In this document: in pieces, positions 59,493 through 64,000 of the stretch
How the letters are laid out: the number at the start of each line of letters is the position of its first letter
Numbering within the stretch: the first letter of the stretch is position 1
NCBI GenBank assembly: GCA_963825055.1
Contig: CAWGSK010000017.1
Location: forward strand, 1 to 64,000
DNA from: an uncultured Gemmatimonadales bacterium
GTDB lineage: Bacteria; Gemmatimonadota; Gemmatimonadetes; Gemmatimonadales; GWC2-71-9
Length of the DNA stretch: 64,000 nt
Reading direction: 5' to 3'
Notes under the pieces: model-generated
The model's input: only the letters and a program-made list of their open reading frames with translations
What the model was told of the DNA's origin: nothing
Database searches by the model: none
Translations under genes and position numbers: made by a program

Positions 59493-59730
59493 GGAGTAGG
59501 GAGTAGGGAGCAGGCAGTGGGCAGTAGGAAGTAGGGAGTAGGGAGTAGGGAGTAGGCAGTAGGCAGTGGGCAGTAGGGAGTGGGGAGAGGAGGGAGACTG
59601 CTTCCGCCGATACCAACTACCCGATTCCGGACACTCGCTTCCAGGGCAATCGAGCTTGCGCGGACGATTGCCGACTGCCGATTCCCCATTGCCTGGCTCT
59701 ACTGCCTACTGCCTACTCCCTACTCCCTGT
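59485..59730. repeat. Heptamer-armed element: (GGSAGTR)~14 - core - (TGCCGAY/TSCCTAC)n
   Basis: Between convergent genes; both stop codons are TAG within the arms. Confidence 0.9.
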
Positions 59731-60182
59731 TCCAGCACCACATACCTCCCCACATAACTCTCCTGCGGGATGATCTGGTCGAAGCTCGAGCGGTCGGGCA
59801 GGAGGCGGGTGCGCTGGATGATCCAGTTGTCGACGGTGGCGGCGTCGTGGAGGGCAGGCGGTATGCGGGAGGTCACCAGGCGGGTCGTGTCCGCGTTCCC
59901 GGTGACGACGGTCAGCCCGGTCTTGACCTCGCCTTCCCAGACGCAGAGCACGAAGGCCAGGACGGGGCAGCGCTGGTCGTCGAAGACGGAATCGAGGCGG
60001 AACCGAAGGCCGGCCCCGGTAATGGCGGCGGTTTCGCCGACACGGAGCTCGAACGTGTCGCCGATCGCGGCAACCACCGCTGCGTCGCCGTTGTTGCCAT
60101 CCGGCCCCGTGACGGGGGACTCGTGATGGCAGGCGAGCAGAGGCATGAGGAGGGCAAGGATACGGATATGTCGCACGGTCAA
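59706..60182 (-). CDS. Hypothetical lipoprotein with DQRCP..C motif (related to 58093-58542)
   Basis: LLAC lipobox; GDTFELRVGE, DDQRCPVLAFVLCVWEG. Confidence 0.78.
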   Translation of the reverse strand: MTVRHIRILALLMPLLACHHESPVTGPDGNNGDAAVVAAIGDTFELRVGETAAITGAGLRFRLDSVFDDQRCPVLAFVLCVWEGEVKTGLTVVTGNADTTRLVTSRIPPALHDAATVDNWIIQRTRLLPDRSSFDQIIPQESYVGRYVVLEQGVGSRQ

Positions 60183-60253
60183 CTCCCGTTCAGGTCAGAA
60201 AAGGATGTCCTGATCCACTGACCCCGGGAAGGCGGGGGTGGTCACGGGGGGCC

Positions 60254-60530
60254 GGGTATGGGGGATGGGATATGGGGGATGGGGGATGGGGGATCAGGGA
60301 TCGTTGAGTCGTTGAGTGGTTGAGTCGTTAGTGGTTTCGCCGGTCGGTCTCGATCCCCCGCGACGGGACTGAAGTCCCTGCTCGGCACGTCGTCGCCCGC
60401 CGGCGATATTCGGACCGCCTGACCGCCTGACCGCCTGACCGCCTGACCGCCTGACCGCCTGACCGCCTGACCGCCTGACCGCCTGACCGCCTGACCGCCT
60501 GACCGCCTGACCGCCTGACCGCCTGACCGC
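60254..60530. repeat. Element with (GGGGGAT)n + (TCGTTGAG)n arms, REP-like core and perfect (GACCGCCT)~14.75 arm
   Basis: 118-nt perfect octamer array at 60413-60530; core palindrome GGGACTGAAGTCCC at 60365-60378. Confidence 0.92.
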
Positions 60531-61757
60531 TCAGCATCCCACCCGGGCGGTACTCACCACGAAATTGTCGAACGTCCGGGACTGCGCGACCGGCGAGCCA
60601 GCGTTCCAGTAGTTCTCCAGGAACACGGCGTTGATGCCGTACTGGTTGTAACTCCCGAGCCAGTTCAACGCGGTGCGGCTCGCCTCGAGGTTCCCGTCCA
60701 GCCAGAACTCGAACACGCCGTTGGAGGCGCCGGCATCGTTCAGGCGGACATGCACCTCCACGCAGCGCCACTGGCCGGTTGAGGCGGTGGCGAAGAGCGG
60801 CGTGGCACCCCGGGCCGAGCCCAGCCAGCGCATATTGGGAAAGTCGTTGTAGGTGGTGGTCAGCACGGCCCCCTGCGTGTCGGTGCCGCTGGCTGGATCC
60901 AGGACCAGGTAGTCGCGCGTATTCACGTTCCCACCGCTCCACACATGGGCGAACATGGACTGGGCCCAGCTGGACGCGCTGACGAAGCTCGTGGCGCGTG
61001 TCAGCTTGTCACCGCCACCCCCGGTCCACCCCGCCTGGTTCTTCAGGTAGAAGCGCCACCAGAGCTCCCGGTAATTGGCGGTGCCGGCATCCACCGCGCG
61101 GAAATACGGCTGCGGTGTCCTGCCGAAGGCCAGGTGCAGGGCGCCCGCCGCCTTCTGCCCCTGGGCCCAGGTCGCGACCATGCCCCAGGAGCTGTCCGCT
61201 CCGGCGGCAGCCGTGCGGAGGAAGGAGTTGTTGTCGGTGGCGTACTCGAAGTAGCTGCCGAGCCGGTCCTGGTCGAAGTCGTCACACCAGATCCAGGCGG
61301 CGTCCGGCTGGGCGCACTCATTGGCCAGCCCCTGCGGTCCCGGAGGTGGCGGTGGTGGGGGAGGGGGAGGGGGGGTGCCCGTATCGACAACCGCGACGAC
61401 CGCCGTATCGATCATCCCGGTCGAGAGGCTCCGGGCGATCACCTGGTAGCTGCCGCCCTGTCCCCCCGCCGTGAAGCTCCCCATGCTCGAGATGGAACCC
61501 CCGGTGGCGCTCCAGCTGACCGGCACCGTGGCGCTGTCGCCGTTGTTCCGATGCTCCCAGGCGGTGAATCCCAGCATCTCCCCGGGCATGAGGTCCGCAG
61601 TGCCGGGGAGCACGGAGAGCTCCGTTGCCACCGGCGTTCCGGACCCATCGGGGCCGGTGGAAGAAGGAGCCATGCATGCCGGCAGGCAGAGCACGAACAG
61701 CGGGAGCATCATGGACGAACACCGCGCGAAGCGCGCGGCTCGGGGCGAGGAAACCAT
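60531..61757 (-). CDS. Secreted lipoprotein: Ig-like domain, poly-Pro linker, beta-jelly-roll (polysaccharide lyase/ConA-like) domain
   Basis: CLPAC lipobox; VSWSATGGSI; P10 linker; WIWCDDFD, GQWRCVEVHVRLN..GVFEFWLDG, FDNFVVS. Confidence 0.72.
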   Translation of the reverse strand: MVSSPRAARFARCSSMMLPLFVLCLPACMAPSSTGPDGSGTPVATELSVLPGTADLMPGEMLGFTAWEHRNNGDSATVPVSWSATGGSISSMGSFTAGGQGGSYQVIARSLSTGMIDTAVVAVVDTGTPPPPPPPPPPPGPQGLANECAQPDAAWIWCDDFDQDRLGSYFEYATDNNSFLRTAAAGADSSWGMVATWAQGQKAAGALHLAFGRTPQPYFRAVDAGTANYRELWWRFYLKNQAGWTGGGGDKLTRATSFVSASSWAQSMFAHVWSGGNVNTRDYLVLDPASGTDTQGAVLTTTYNDFPNMRWLGSARGATPLFATASTGQWRCVEVHVRLNDAGASNGVFEFWLDGNLEASRTALNWLGSYNQYGINAVFLENYWNAGSPVAQSRTFDNFVVSTARVGC

Positions 61758-61871
61758 GTGGGCACCATCAGAACTGAACGAGATGATGACACAGGGGGAG
61801 TGAAGTGCAAGATGGTGATGGAGGAAGAGTTACGCAATTGGCAGGTATGAGACGGTGTATGGAAACACGAC

Positions 61872-61980
61872 AGTAGTGAGTAGTGAGTAGTGAGTAGTGA
61901 TTGGTGATTAGTGATTAGTGATTAGTGCTTCAGGGCCGGGATCCATGCTCTGAAGCACTACTCACTACTCACTACTCACT
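61872..61980. repeat. Heptamer-armed hairpin element: (TAGTGAK)~8 TAGTGCTTCAGGGC-loop-GCTCTGAAGCACTA (CTCACTA)3
   Basis: Near-perfect inverted core at 61923-61960; right arm holds the NPP stop codon. Confidence 0.92.
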
Positions 61981-63216
61981 GCCTCTCAGCATCACCCTGA
62001 CCGAGTCGAGGCTCCCGTCGTTTCTGGCCGGGGTGAGGCCCAGGACATGGGCCATCAGGTCATACAGATGAATGTTCGCCACCGGCGGGGTCTTCACACC
62101 GGTGCGGAAATCGGGTCCGGCGGCGATAAGGATGCCGTGCATGCTCGCGAGGGCCGGGTCGAAGCCGTGGTTCCCGCCGTTGAATCGCTCGGGGGACGCC
62201 GTCGCGCGCTGGCGCGTGGTGATGCTCCAGCCCTCGTCGGCCAGGCCGATGATCGGGGCCACGCGCGGGTTGTCCCGGTAGTGAAATCGTTCCGGCAACT
62301 CCGCCTTGCGCCAGACCTGCATGTGGCCCGCCCGGCTGAGTCCACGGTACACGCTGTCCTCCATGCCGGGGTGGGGCCGGATGGCGAGCACCGGCGACCA
62401 GTCGATGATATCTGCCGTGCGCAGGTCGATGTAGTCGTCCAGGATGACGAGCCGGTTCGCGCTGGTGGCCGCCATGCCGTGATCGGAGACGATGACGATG
62501 TCGGTGCGGTCGAGCACGCCCCGCGTCCTGAGGCCGTCAACCAGCTGTCCCACGGCCGCATCCACCCGTGCAATGGCCGAGTCTACCTGGGGCGATTCCG
62601 GGCCGGAATCGTGGCCGGCGCCATCCACGTCGCTCATGTAGAGCGTGAGGAACGTGGGGTGCTGCGGGGCGGGGAGGTCCACCCAGTCGAGGACCTGCTT
62701 CACCCGGGCGCTGTTCGACACCCGGCCGTCATACTTGCGGGTGAAGGACGGGCGGACACCCTCGATGGTCGCTTCGGAACCGGGCCAGAACATGGTTCCG
62801 GCATGCTGGCCCTGCTTCTCGGCGGTGATCCAGAGCGGCTCGCCACCCCACCAGCGCCCATCGGTGACTGCCGCAGCATCGCTCATCCGGAACCATGCGT
62901 CGAAGCCGGGGTCGTAGATCGTATTGGCAACTATGCCGTGGTCACCCGGGTAGAGCCCGGTGACGATGGTGTAATGGTTGGGGAAAGTCTTGCTGGGAAA
63001 CGACGGGATCAGCGCCTGTGCCTGAACCCCGCGGGCGGCCAGCTCGCGCAGGTGCACCGCCGCGGGCCGGTCCAGGTAGTCCCAGCGAAAGCCGTCGAGT
63101 GAGACCAGGATGAGGGCATACGGTGGTTCCGACGGAACTGGTGGCGCGGCCGGACGGCCCCCGCACGCGGGCAGGAGCAGGAGGACGACGAGAAGGAGCG
63201 ATAGGAGGCGGCGCAT
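61972..63216 (-). CDS. Nucleotide pyrophosphatase/phosphodiesterase (alkaline phosphatase superfamily) lipoprotein
   Basis: SLDGFR, PSKTFPNHY (catalytic Thr), DVDGAGH, VSDHGM, GNHGFD; LPAC lipobox. Confidence 0.93.
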   Translation of the reverse strand: MRRLLSLLLVVLLLLPACGGRPAAPPVPSEPPYALILVSLDGFRWDYLDRPAAVHLRELAARGVQAQALIPSFPSKTFPNHYTIVTGLYPGDHGIVANTIYDPGFDAWFRMSDAAAVTDGRWWGGEPLWITAEKQGQHAGTMFWPGSEATIEGVRPSFTRKYDGRVSNSARVKQVLDWVDLPAPQHPTFLTLYMSDVDGAGHDSGPESPQVDSAIARVDAAVGQLVDGLRTRGVLDRTDIVIVSDHGMAATSANRLVILDDYIDLRTADIIDWSPVLAIRPHPGMEDSVYRGLSRAGHMQVWRKAELPERFHYRDNPRVAPIIGLADEGWSITTRQRATASPERFNGGNHGFDPALASMHGILIAAGPDFRTGVKTPPVANIHLYDLMAHVLGLTPARNDGSLDSVRVMLRGSE

Positions 63217-63251
63217 GGGGTTCCCGGGTCAGGGCAGAGCGGGAAAGATAG

Positions 63252-63487
63252 ACGGGGATCGGGGATCGGGAATCGGGCCCGCCTGACCGTGCTGATCACG
63301 CGGCTGAAGCCGCCTAGCGTTCGCTCGCGGCCGAGGAGCGGCGCCGCCGCTCCTGTGGGCCACATCGCTCACGTCCTGGTATTTCCTCCGGTCACTGCTC
63401 GGCTCGCCGTCGCCTGCGGGCGACGGTTATTTGTCGACCGCCCTGACCGCCCTGACCGCCCTGTCCGCCCTGTCCGCCTGCCCGCCC
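63252..63487. repeat. Element with (GGGGATC)3 arm, REP-like core and (GWCCGCCCT)n arm
   Basis: GCGGCTGAAGCCGC at 63300-63313; AGGAGCGGCGCCGCCGCTCCT at 63334-63354; 63396-63423 matches 60379-60406 at 24/28. Confidence 0.8.
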
Positions 63488-64000
63488 TCACATCGGATAC
63501 GCGTATCGCTCCAGCCACTGCAGGCCGTCGGCATCGGTCCGGGCGAGGTATACGCTTGTCCTGCCGAACGCCACGAGGCGCCGGTCGGCCGGCAGGATGA
63601 CCCGTCGCAGGAGCACGCCGTTCCTGCCGAAGACATCGTACGTGAGCGGCTCGCCCGCCGGACCGTAGCGCTCGACCCAGCCCTCGCCAGCGGGGCTCAC
63701 CGACACGCCGCCGGCGCGGAAGGCCGGCTTGCTGTCGGGCCATTCGTAGCCGCTCAGGTCTTCGTCCCGCGGACGGCCACCGCGTCCGAGCGCGATGCTC
63801 CGGTTGCCGTTGTTGACTTCCACGGACACACTGAGCCCCGTCGAGGCGAGCTGGTCGACCCAGGCCTGCTTGTCCTTCTCACGGATCGGGACCGGCTTCC
63901 AGGCGACAGGCGTCCCACGCACCGTGCGCCCGTCTCGCAGGAGCCATTCGACGTGATAGTCGGCCGCGCGCACCAGGAAGACCGCGCCATCGTCGCCGAC
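63488..64000 (-). CDS. Beta-propeller (6-bladed/NHL-like) protein, 3' part; truncated by window edge
   Basis: WPDSKPAF..VSPAGEGWV..YDVFGRNG..VYLARTDADGLQWLERY. Confidence 0.7.
   Translation of the reverse strand, partial: VGDDGAVFLVRAADYHVEWLLRDGRTVRGTPVAWKPVPIREKDKQAWVDQLASTGLSVSVEVNNGNRSIALGRGGRPRDEDLSGYEWPDSKPAFRAGGVSVSPAGEGWVERYGPAGEPLTYDVFGRNGVLLRRVILPADRRLVAFGRTSVYLARTDADGLQWLERYAYPM

Noticed and set aside
57972..60942. ORFs with periodic peptides (RHPTPDT, CRVSGVG, LLPTPYS, VRRSGGQA)
   Set aside because: Translations of the intergenic tandem repeats; no independent coding evidence.
57938..61980. Possible CRISPR array
   Set aside because: Units are contiguous 7-9-mers with no unique spacers, and no cas genes are present.

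Overview
High-GC bacterial chromosomal window. Gene content (BTAD/TPR regulator, Ser/Thr kinase-TolB-TPR, giant Ig-repeat lipoproteins, DUF885, DUF5916) suggests Gemmatimonadota; this is inference. About 51 protein genes are supported: sulfur/Fe-S (rhodanese, SufE), Rieske proteins, stress (dps, zf-UBP, CBS), a nirK nitrite reductase operon, peptidases, an FtsH paralogue with a sigma-54 promoter, a histone H1-like basic protein, two Ig-repeat surface lipoproteins and many uncharacterised secreted proteins. There are 7 tRNAs and a c-di-GMP-I (GEMM) riboswitch ahead of a tandem pair of paralogous lipoproteins, one frameshifted. I saw no CRISPR, rRNA, transposase or integrase. The most striking unexplained signal is about a dozen intergenic elements built from tandem 7-mer (sometimes 8/9-mer) arms. 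They keep a fixed polarity (G/purine-rich arm left, C/pyrimidine-rich arm right), mix arm types around a partly conserved core, and often supply the stop codon of the neighbouring gene. All family calls come from motif recognition by eye; no database searches were run.
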